The notes under the pieces were generated by a model. The model saw only the letters and a program-made list of their open reading frames with translations, was not told the DNA's origin and did no database searches. The translations under genes were made by a program, and so were the position numbers. 64,000 bases of DNA from Centroscyllium fabricii. Its lineage: Eukaryota. The stretch lies in NCBI GenBank assembly GCA_051313645.2, contig JBNRSN020000089.1, positions 2,232,001 through 2,296,000 of the forward strand, in the 5' to 3' direction. Below, piece by piece: positions 1 to 12,776 of this stretch (positions are counted from its first letter, which is position 1; every line of letters starts with the position of its first letter).

Positions 1-2260
1 ATGAGACATTATCCATCAGTGTACAATACATCAGACAATGTCCGTCTGTGAACAATACATTAGAAAATGTCCATCTGTGAACAATACATCAGATATTATC
101 CATCTGTGTACAATACATCAGACATTGTCCATCTGTGAACAATACATCAGACATTATCCATCATTGTACAATACATCAGACAATATCCATCTGTGTACAA
201 TAAATCAGACAATATCCATCTGTGTACAATAAATCAGACAATATCCATCTTTGTACAATACATCAGATATTGTCCATCTGTGAACAATACATCAGACATT
301 ATCCATCTGTGTACAATACATGAGACAATGTCCATCTGTGAACAATACATCAGACAATTTCCATTTTGTGTACAATACATCATACAATATCCATCTGTGT
401 ACAATAAATCAGACAATATCCATCTGTGTACAATACATCAGGCAATGTTCATCTGTGTACAATACATCAGACATTATCCATCTGTGTACAATACATCAGA
501 CAATGTCCATCTGTATACAACACATCAGACATTGTGCATCTGTGAACAATACAGCAGACATTATCCATTTGTGTACAATACATCAGACAATATCCATCTC
601 TGTACAATACATCAGACAATATGCATCTGTGTACAATACATCAGACAATATCCATCTGTGTACAATACATCAGACAATGTCCAACTGTGTACAATACATC
701 AGGCAATGTCCATCTGTGAACAATATATCAGAAAAAATCCATCTGTGTACAATATATCAGACAAGGTCCATCTGTGTACAATACATCAGACAATGTCTAT
801 CTGTGAACAAAACTTCAGACAATGTCCATCTGTGTACAATAAATCAGACAATGTCCATCTGTGAACAATACATCAGACAATGTCCATCTGTGTACAATAC
901 ATCAGACACTGTCCATCTTGTGTACAATACACCAGACAATGTCCATCTGTGAACAATACGTCAGACAATATCCATCTGTGTACAATACTTCAGACAAAGT
1001 CCATCTATGAACAATACATCAGACAATGTCCACCTGTGTACAATACATCAGACAATATACATCTGTGAACAATACATCAGACAATATCCATCTGTGTACA
1101 CTACATCAGACAATATCCATCTGTGTACAATACATCAGACAATGTCCATCTGTGTACAATACATCAGGAAATATCCATCTGTGAACAATGCATCAGACAA
1201 TATCCATCTTTGTACAATACATCAGACAATATCCATCTCTGTACAATACATCAGACAATGTCCATCTGTGAACAATATATCAGACATTATCCATCTATGA
1301 ACAATACATCAGACAATATCCATCTGAGAACAGTACATCAGACAATGTCCCTCTGTGTACAATACATCAGACAAGGTCCATCTTGTGTACAATACATCAG
1401 ACAATGTCCATCTGTGTACAATACATCAGACAATGTCTTTCTGTGAAAAATACATCAGACAATGTCCATCTGTGTACAATACATCAGACAATGTCCATCT
1501 GTTTACAATGTATCAGACAATGTCCATCTTGTGTAGAATACATCAGACAATGTCCATCTGTGTAAAATACATCAGACAATGTCCAGCTGTGTACAATACA
1601 TCAGACAATGTCCATCTGTGTACAATAAATCAGACAATGTCCATCTGTGTACAATACATCCGACAATATCCATCTGTGAACAATATTTCAGACAAAGTCC
1701 ATCTATGAACAATACATCAGACAATGTCCATCTGTGTACCATACATCAGACAATATCCATCTGTGAACAATTCATCAGAAAATATCCAACTGTGTACAAT
1801 ACTTCAGACAATATCCATCTGTGTACAATACATCAGACAATGTCCATCTGTGTACAATACACCAGACAGTATCCATCTGTGAACAATAAATCAGACAATA
1901 TCCATCTTTGTACAATACATCAGACAATATCCTTCTGTGTACAATACATCAGTCAATGTCCAACTGTGAACAGTAAATCAGACATTAACCGTCTATGAAC
2001 AATACATCAGACAATGTCCATCTGTGAACAATACATAGGACAATGTCCCTCTGTGTACAATACATCAGACAGTGTCCATCTTGTGTACAATACATCAGAC
2101 AATGTCCATCTGTGTACAATACATCAGACAATATCTATCTGTGAACAATACATCAGACAATGTCCATCTGTGTACAATACATCAGACAATGTCCATCTGT
2201 GTACAATACATCAGACAATGTCCATCTTGTGTACAATACATCAGACAATGTCCATCTGTG
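1..2260. repeat. Multi-monomer block duplicated nearly identically at ~6395-8654 (offset 6394)
   Basis: ORF-track translations recur at +6394 (38/6432, 193/6587, 1579/7973, 2014/8408) with the same order of rare variants. End points are approximate. Confidence 0.9.
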
Positions 2261-5200
2261 AACAATACATCAGACAATGTCCATCTGTGAACAATACATC
2301 AGACATTGTCCATCTGTGTACAATACATCAGATAATGTCCATCTGTTTACAGTACATCAGAAAATGTCCATCTGTGTACAATACATCAGACAATGTCCAT
2401 CTGTGTACAATACATCAGACAATGTCCATCTGTGAAGAATACATCTGAAAATGTCCATATGTGTGCAATACATCAGACAATGTCCATCTGTGTACAATAC
2501 ATCAGACAATGTCCATCTGTGAACAATACATCAGACAATGTCCATCTGTGTACAATACATCAAACAATGTCCACCTGTGTACAATACATCAGAAAATGTC
2601 CATCTGTGAACAATACATCAGAAAATGTCCATCTGTGTACAATATATCAGACAATGTCTATCTGTGTACAATACATCAGAAAATGTCCATCTGTGAACAG
2701 TACATCAGACAATGTCCATCTGTGAACAATACATCAGAAAATGTCCATCTGTGTACAATACATTAGAAAATGTCCATCTGTGTACAATACATCAGACAAT
2801 GTCCATCTGTGTACAATACATCTGACAATGTCCATCTGTACAATACATCAGACAATGTCCCTTTGTGAACAATACATCAGACAATATCCATCTGTGTACA
2901 ATACATCAGACAATGTCCATATGTGTACAATACATCAGAAAATATCCATCTGTGAACAATACATCAAACAATGTCCATCTATGTACAATACATCAGACAA
3001 TGTCCATCTGTGAAAAATACATCAGACAATGTCCATCTGTGTACAATACATCAGACAATGTCCATCTGTGAATAATACATCAGACATTATTCATCTGTGT
3101 ACAATACATCAGACAAAGTCCATCTGTGAGCAATACATCAGACAATATCTATCTGTGAACAATACATCAGACAATATCCATCTGTGTACAATACATCAGA
3201 CAATGTCCATTTGTGAAAAATACATCAGACATTATCCATCTGTGTACAATACATCAGACAATGTCCATCTCTGAACAATACATCAGACAATATCCATCTG
3301 TGAACAATACATCAGACAATATCCTTCTGTGTACAATACATCAGACAATGTCCATCTGTGTACATTACATCAGACATTATCCATCTGTGAACAATACATC
3401 AAACAATGTCCATCTGTGTACAATACATCAGACAATATCCATCTGGGATCAATACATCGGACAATGTCCATCTGTGTACAATACATCAGACAATGTCCAT
3501 CTGTGTACAATACATCACACAATGTCCATCTGTGTACAATACATCAGACAATGTCCATCTGTGAACAATACATCAGACAATATCCATCTGTGTACAATAC
3601 ATCAGACAATGTCCATCTGTGTACAATACATCAGACAATGTCCATCTGTGTACAATACATCAGACAATGTCCGTCTGTGAACAATACATCAGACAATATC
3701 CATCTGTGTACAATACATCAGACAATGTCCATCTGTGTACAATACATCAGAAAATGTCCATCTGTGTACAATACATCAGACAATTTCCATCTGTGTACAA
3801 TACATCAGACAATGTCCATCTGTGAACAATACATCAGACAATGTCCATCTGTGTACAATACATCAGACAATGTCCATCTGTGTACAATACATCAGACAAT
3901 GTCCATCTGTGAACAATACATCAGAAAATGTCCATCTGCGTACAATACATCAGACAATGTCGATCTGTGAAAAGTACATCAGAAAATGTCCATCTGTGTA
4001 CAGTACATCAGACAATGTCCATCTGTGTACAATACATCAGCCAATGTCCATCTGTGAACAATACGTCAGACAATGTCCATCTGTGAACAATACATCAGAC
4101 AATGTCCATCTGTGTACAATACATCAGACAATGTCCATCTGTGTACAATACATCAGACAATGACCATCTGTGAACAGTACATCAGACAATATCAATCTGT
4201 GTACAATACACCAGACAATGTCCATCTGTGAACAATACATCAGACAATGTCCATCTGTGTACAATACATCAGACAATGTCCATGTGTGAACAATACATCA
4301 GACAATGTCCATCTGTGTACAATACATCAGACAATGTCCATCTGTGTACAATACATCAGACAATGTCCATCTGTGAACAATACATCAGAAAATGTCCATC
4401 TGTGTACAGTACATCAGACAATGTCCATCTGTGTACAATACATCAGCCAATGTCCATCTGTGAACAATACATCAGACAATGTCCATCTGTGAACAATACA
4501 TCAGACAATGTCCATCTGTGTACAATACATCAGACAATGTCCATCTGTGTACAATACATCAGACAAGGTCCATCTGTGAACAATACATCAGACAATATCA
4601 ATCTGTGTACAATACATCAGACAATGTCCATCTGTGTACAATACATCAGACAATGTCCACCTGTGAACAATAGATCAGAAAATTTCCATCTGTGTACAAT
4701 ACATCAGACAATGTCCATCTGTGTACAATACATCAGACAATGTCCATGTGTGAACAATACATCAGACAATTTCCATCTGTGTACAATACATCAGACAATG
4801 TCCATCTGTGTACAATACATCAGACAATGTCCATCTGTGTACAATACATGATACAATGTCCATCTGTGTACAATAAATCAGAAAATGTCCATCTGTGAAC
4901 AATACATCAGAAAATGTCCATCTGTGTACAATACATCAGACAATGTCCATCTGTGAACAGTACATCAGAAAATGTCCATCTGTGTACAGTACATCAGACA
5001 ATGTCCATCTGTGTACAATACATCAGACAATGACCATCTGTGTACAATACATCAGACAATGTCCATCTGTGTACAATACATCAGACAATGTCCATCTGTG
5101 TACAATACATCAGACAATGTCCATCTGTGTACAATACATGAGACAATGTCCATCTGTGAACAATACATCAGAAAAAGTCCATCTGTGTACATTACATCAG

Positions 5201-6394
5201 ACAATGTCCATCTGTGTACAATACATCAGACAATGTCCATCTGTGAACAACACATCAGACAATGTCCATCTGTGTACAATACATCAGACAATGTCCATCT
5301 GTGTACAATACATCAGACAATGTCCATCTGTGTACAATACATCAGACAATGTCCATCTGTGAACAATACATCAGAAAATGTCCATCTGTGTACAATACAT
5401 CAGACAATGTCCATCTGTGTACAATACATCAGACAATATCCATGTGTGAACAATACATCAGACAATGTCCATCTGTGTACAATATATCAGACAATGTCCA
5501 TCTGTGTACAATATATCAGACAATGTCCATCTGTGTACAATACATGAGACAATGTCCATCTGTGTACAATACATCAGACAATGTCCATCTGTGAACAATA
5601 TATCAGAATATGTCCATCTGTGTACAATACATCAGACAATGTCCATCTGTGAACAGTACATCAGAAAATGTCCATCTGTGTACAGTACATCAGACAATGT
5701 CCATCTGTGTACAATACATCAGACAATGTCAATCTGTGTACAATACATCAGACAATGTCCATCTGTGAACAATAAATCAGACAATGTCCATCTGTGTACA
5801 ATACATCAGACAATGTCCATCTGTGAACAATACATCAGAAAATGTCCATCTGTGTGCAATACATCAGACAATGTCCATCTGTGAACAATACATCAGAAAA
5901 TGTCCATCTGTGTACAATACATCAGACAATGTCCATCTGTGAACAATACATCAGAAAATGTCCATCTGTGTACAATACATCAGAAAATGTCCATCTGTGT
6001 ACAATACATCAGACAATGTCCATCTGTGTACAATACATCAGACAATGCCCATCTGTACAATACATCAGACAATGTCCATCTGTGAACAATACATCAGACA
6101 ATATCCATCTGTGTACAATACATCAGACAATGTCCATATGTGTACAATACATCAGAAAATATCCATCTGTGAACAATACATCAAACAATGTCCATCTATG
6201 TACAATACATCAGACAATTTCCATCTGTGAAAAGTACATCAGACAATGTCCATCTGTGTACAATACATCAGACAATGTCCATCTGTGAACAATACATCAG
6301 ACAATACATCAGCCAATACCCGTCTATGTACAATACATCAGACAATGTCCATCTGTGAACAATACATCAGACAATGTCCCTCTGTGTACAATAC

Positions 6395-9300
6395 ATGAGA
6401 CATTATCCATCAGTGTACAATACATCAGACAATGTCCGTCTGTGAACAATACATTAGAAAATGTCCATCTGTGAACAATACATCAGATATTATCCATCTG
6501 TGTACAATACATCAGACATTGTCCATCTGTGAACAATACATCAGACATTATCCATCATTGTACAATACATCAGACAATATCCATCTGTGTACAATAAATC
6601 AGACAATATCCATCTGTGTACAATAAATCAGACAATATCCATCTTTGTACAATACATCAGATATTGTCCATCTGTGAACAATACATCAGACATTATCCAT
6701 CTGTGTACAATACATGAGACAATGTCCATCTGTGAACAATACATCAGACAATTTCCATTTTGTGTACAATACATCATACAATATCCATCTGTGTACAATA
6801 AATCAGACAATATCCATCTGTGTACAATACATCAGGCAATGTTCATCTGTGTACAATACATCAGACATTATCCATCTGTGTACAATACATCAGACAATGT
6901 CCATCTGTATACAACACATCAGACATTGTGCATCTGTGAACAATACAGCAGACATTATCCATTTGTGTACAATACATCAGACAATATCCATCTCTGTACA
7001 ATACATCAGACAATATGCATCTGTGTACAATACATCAGACAATATCCATCTGTGTACAATACATCAGACAATGTCCAACTGTGTACAATACATCAGGCAA
7101 TGTCCATCTGTGAACAATACATCAGAAAAAATCCATCTGTGTACAATATATCAGACAAGGTCCATCTGTGTACAATACATCAGACAATGTCTATCTGTGA
7201 ACAAAACTTCAGACAATGTCCATCTGTGTACAATAAATCAGACAATGTCCATCTGTGAACAATACATCAGACAATGTCCATCTGTGTACAATACATCAGA
7301 CACTGTCCATCTTGTGTACAATACACCAGACAATGTCCATCTGTGAACAATACGTCAGACAATATCCATCTGTGTACAATACTTCAGACAAAGTCCATCT
7401 ATGAACAATACATCAGACAATGTCCACCTGTGTACAATACATCAGACAATATACATCTGTGAACAATACATCAGACAATATCCATCTGTGTACACTACAT
7501 CAGACAATATCCATCTGTGTACAATACATCAGACAATGTCCATCTGTGTACAATACATCAGGAAATATCCATCTGTGAACAATGCATCAGACAATATCCA
7601 TCTTTGTACAATACATCAGACAATATCCATCTCTGTACAATACATCAGACAATGTCCATCTGTGAACAATATATCAGACATTATCCATCTATGAACAATA
7701 CATCAGACAATATCCATCTGAGAACAGTACATCAGACAATGTCCCTCTGTGTACAATACATCAGACAAGGTCCATCTTGTGTACAATACATCAGACAATG
7801 TCCATCTGTGTACAATACATCAGACAATGTCTTTCTGTGAAAAATACATCAGACAATGTCCATCTGTGTACAATACATCAGACAATGTCCATCTGTTTAC
7901 AATGTATCAGACAATGTCCATCTTGTGTAGAATACATCAGACAATGTCCATCTGTGTAAAATACATCAGACAATGTCCAGCTGTGTACAATACATCAGAC
8001 AATGTCCATCTGTGTACAATAAATCAGACAATGTCCATCTGTGTACAATACATCCGACAATATCCATCTGTGAACAATATTTCAGACAAAGTCCATCTAT
8101 GAACAATACATCAGACAATGTCCATCTGTGTACCATACATCAGACAATATCCATCTGTGAACAATTCATCAGAAAATATCCAACTGTGTACAATACTTCA
8201 GACAATATCCATCTGTGTACAATACATCAGACAATGTCCATCTGTGTACAATACACCAGACAGTATCCATCTGTGAACAATAAATCAGACAATATCCATC
8301 TTTGTACAATACATCAGACAATATCCTTCTGTGTACAATACATCAGTCAATGTCCAACTGTGAACAGTAAATCAGACATTAACCGTCTATGAACAATACA
8401 TCAGACAATGTCCATCTGTGAACAATACATAGGACAATGTCCCTCTGTGTACAATACATCAGACAGTGTCCATCTTGTGTACAATACATCAGACAATGTC
8501 CATCTGTGTACAATACATCAGACAATATCTATCTGTGAACAATACATCAGACAATGTCCATCTGTGTACAATACATCAGACAATGTCCATCTGTGTACAA
8601 TACATCAGACAATGTCCATCTTGTGTACAATACATCAGACAATGTCCATCTGTGTACAATACATCAGACAATGTCCATCTGTGTTCAATACATCTGACAA
8701 TGTCCATCTGTGTACAATAAATCAGACTATGTCCATCTGTGTACAATACATCAGACAATGTCCATCTATGAACAATACAGCAGACAATGTCCATCTTGTG
8801 TACAGTACATCAGACAATGTCCATCTGTGTACAATACATAAGACAATATCCATCTGTGTACAATACATGAGACATTATCCATCTGTGTACAATACATCAG
8901 ACAATGTCCATCTGTGTACGATACATCAGACAATGTTCATCTCTGTACAACATATCAGACAATGTCCATCTGTGTACAATACATCAGACAATGCCCATCT
9001 GTACAATACATCAGACAATGTCCATCTGTGAACAATACATCAGACAATATCCATCTGTGTACAATACATCAGACAATGTCCATATGTGTACAATACATCA
9101 GAAAATATCCATCTGTGAACAATACATCAAACAATGTCCATCTATGTACAATACATCAGACAATGTCCATCTGTGAAAAGTACATCAGACAATGTCCATC
9201 TGTGTACAATACATCAGACAATGTCCATCTGTGAACAATACATCAGACAATGTCCCTCTGTGTACAATACATGAGACATTATCCATCAGTGTACAATACA

Positions 9301-11865
9301 TCAGACAATGTCCGTCTGTGAACAATACATTAGACAATGTCCATCTGTGAACAATACATCAGATATTATCCATCTGTGTACAATACGTCAGACATTGTCC
9401 ATCTGTGAACAATACATCAGACATTATCCATCATTGTACAATACATCAGACAATATCCATCTGTGTACAATACATCAGACAATATCCATCTGTGTACAAT
9501 AAATCAGACAATATCCATCTTTGTACAATACATCAGATATTGTCCATCTGTGAACAATACATCAGACATTATCCATCTGTGTACAATACATGAGACAATG
9601 TCCATCTGTGAAAAATACACCAGACAATTTCCATTTTGTGTACAATACATCATACAATATCCATCTGTGTACAATACATCAGACAATATCCATCTGTGTA
9701 CAATACATCAGGCAATGTTCATCTGTGTACAATACATCAGACATTATCCATCTGTGTACAATACATCAGACAATGTCCATCTGTATACAATACATCAGAC
9801 ATTGTGCATCTGTGAACAATACAGCAGACATTATCCATTTGTGTACAATACATCAGACAATATCCATCTCTGTACAATACATCAGACAATATGCATCTGT
9901 GTACAATACATCAGACAATATCCATCTGTGTACAATACATCAGACAATGTCAAACTGTGTACAATACATCAGGCAATGTCCATCTGTGAACAGTACATCA
10001 GAAAAAATCCATCTGTGTACAATATATCAGACAATGTCCATCTGTGTACAATACATCAGACAATGTCTATCTGTGAACAAAACTTCAGACAATGTCCATC
10101 TGTGTAAAATAAATCAGACAATGTCCATCCGTGAACAATACATCAGACAATGTCCATCTGTGTACAATACATCAGACACTGTCCATCTTGTGTACAATAC
10201 ACCAGACAATATCCATCTGTGAACAATACATCAGACAATATCCATCCGTGTACAATACTTCAGACAAAGTCCATCTATGAACAATACATCAGACAATGTC
10301 CACCTGTGTACAATACATCAGACAATGTACATCTGTGAACAATACATCAGACAATATCCATCTGTGTACACTACATCAGACAATATCCATCTGTGTACAA
10401 TACATCAGACAATGTCCATCTGTGTACAATACATCAGGAAATATCCATCTGTGAACAATACATCAGACAATATCCATCTGTGTACAATACATCAGACAAT
10501 ATACATCTCTGTACAATACATCAGACAATGTCCATCTGTGAACAATATATCAGACATTATCCATCTATGAACAATACATCAGACAATATCCATCTGTGAA
10601 CAGTACATCAGACAATGTCCCTCTGTGTACAATACATCAGACAATGTCCATCTTGTGTACAATACATCAGACATTTTCCATCTGTGTACAATACATCAGA
10701 CAATGTCTATCTGTGAAAAATACATCAGACAATGTCCATCTGTGTACAATACATCAGACAATGTCCATCTGTTTACAATGTATCAGACAATGTCCATCTT
10801 GTGTAGAATACATCAGACAATGTCCATCTGTGTAAAATACATCAGACAATGTCCAGCTGTGTACAATACATAAGACAATGTCCATCTGTGTACAATAAAT
10901 CAGACAATGTCCATCTGTGTACAATACATCCGACAATATCCATCTGTGAACAATATTTCAGACAAAGTCCATCTATGAACAATACATCAGACAATGTCCA
11001 TCTGTGTGCCATACATCAGACAATATCCATCTGTGAACAATTCATCAGAAAATATCCAACTGTGTACAATACTTCAGACAATATCCATCTGTGTACAATA
11101 CATCAGACAATGTCCATCTGTGTACAATACATCAGACAGTATCCATCTGTGAACAATAAATCAGACAATATCCATCTTAGTACAATACATCAGACAATAT
11201 CCTTCTGTGTACAATACATCAGTCAATGTCCATCTGTGAACAGTATATCAGACATTAACCGTCTATGAACAATACATCAGACAATGTCCATCTGTGAACA
11301 ATACATCGGACAATGTCCCTCTGTGTACAATACATCAGATAGTGTCCATCTTGTGTACAATACATCAGACAATGTCCATCTGTGTACAATACATCAGACA
11401 ATATCTATCTGTGAACAATACATCAGACAATGTCCATCTGTGTACAATACATCAGACAATGTCCATCTGTGTACAATACATCAGACAATGTCCATCTTGT
11501 GTACAATACATCAGGCAATGTCCATCTGTGTACAATACATCAGACAATGTCCATCTGTGTTCAATACATCAGACAATGTCCATCTGTGTACAATAAATCA
11601 GACTATGTCCATCTGTGTACAATACATCAGACAATGTCCATCTATGAACAATACAGCAGACAATGTCCATCTTGTGTACAGTACATCAGACAATGTCCCT
11701 CTGTGTACAATACATAAGACAATATCCATCTGTGTACAATACATGAGACATTATCCATCTGTGTACAATACATCAGACAATGTCCATCTGTGTACGATAC
11801 ATCAGACAATGTTCATCTCTGTACAACATATCAGACAATGTCCATCTGTGTACAATACATCAGAC
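6395..11865. repeat. ~2876-bp (~99-monomer) higher-order tandem duplication, ~6395-9270 and ~9271-11865 (second copy partial)
   Basis: Matching variant patterns at +2876 (6432/9308, 6587/9463, 7973/10849, 8408/11284, 8914/11790). Confidence 0.85.
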
Positions 11866-12776
11866 AATATCCGTCTATGAACAGTACTTCATGCAATGTC
11901 CATCTGTGTACAATACGTCAGAAAATGTCCATCTGTGAACAACACATCAGACATTATCCATCTTTGTACAATACATCAGACAATATCCATCTGTGTACAA
12001 TACATCAGACAATATCCATCTGTGTACAATACATCAGACAATGTCCATCTGTGTACAATACATCGGACAATATCCATCTGTGTACAATACATCAGACAAT
12101 GTCCATCTGTGTACAATACATCAGACAATATCCATCTGTGTACAATACATCAGACTCTGTCCATCTGTGAACAATACATCAGATTATGTCCATTTGTGTA
12201 CAATACATCAGAAAATGTCCATCTGTGAACAATACATCAGACATTATCCATCTGTGTATAATACATCAGACAATGTCCATCTGTGTACAATACATCAGAC
12301 AATATCCATCTGTGTGCAATACATCAGACAATGTCCATCTGTGTACAATACATCAGACAATATCCATCTGTGTACAATACATCAGACAATATCCATCTGT
12401 GTACAATACATCAGACAATGTCCATCTGTGTACAATACATCAGACAATGTCCATCTGTGAACAATACATCAGACAATGTCCATCTGTGAACAATACATCA
12501 GACAATATCCATCTATGAACAATACATCAGACATTGTCCATCTGTGTACAATACAGTAGACAATGTCCAGCTGTGTACAATACATCAGAAAATGTCCATC
12601 TGTGAACAATACATCAGACGTTGTCCAGCTGTGAACAATACTTCAGACAATGTCCATCTGTGTACAATACATCAGACAATTGGCCAGGGGATGGGGAAAC
12701 GGGCAGGGAAACAAAGGTGAGACCAGGGAACATCGAGGAACAGGGGGGAGAACCAAGGACGCAGTGAAGTGACAGG

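Larger units (their letters stand above)
1..12680. repeat. 29-bp tandem satellite array, segment 1 (extends beyond the left window edge)
   Basis: Head-to-tail ACAATACATCAGACAATGTCCATCTGTGT. Recurrent variants are TGTAC/TGAAC, AATGTCC/AATATCC/ATTATCC, a 30-bp CATCTTGTG monomer and a 27-bp CATCTGTAC monomer. Ends ...ATCAGACAAT at 12680. Confidence 0.99.

Noticed and set aside
3488-3498. p53 half-site in AGACAATGTCC
   Set aside because: It has one base too many for RRRCWWGYYY, which breaks the CWWG core spacing.
1-12680. CRISPR array (29-bp direct repeats with dyad symmetry)
   Set aside because: Repeats abut directly with no unique spacers, there are no cas genes, and the context is vertebrate-type LINEs.
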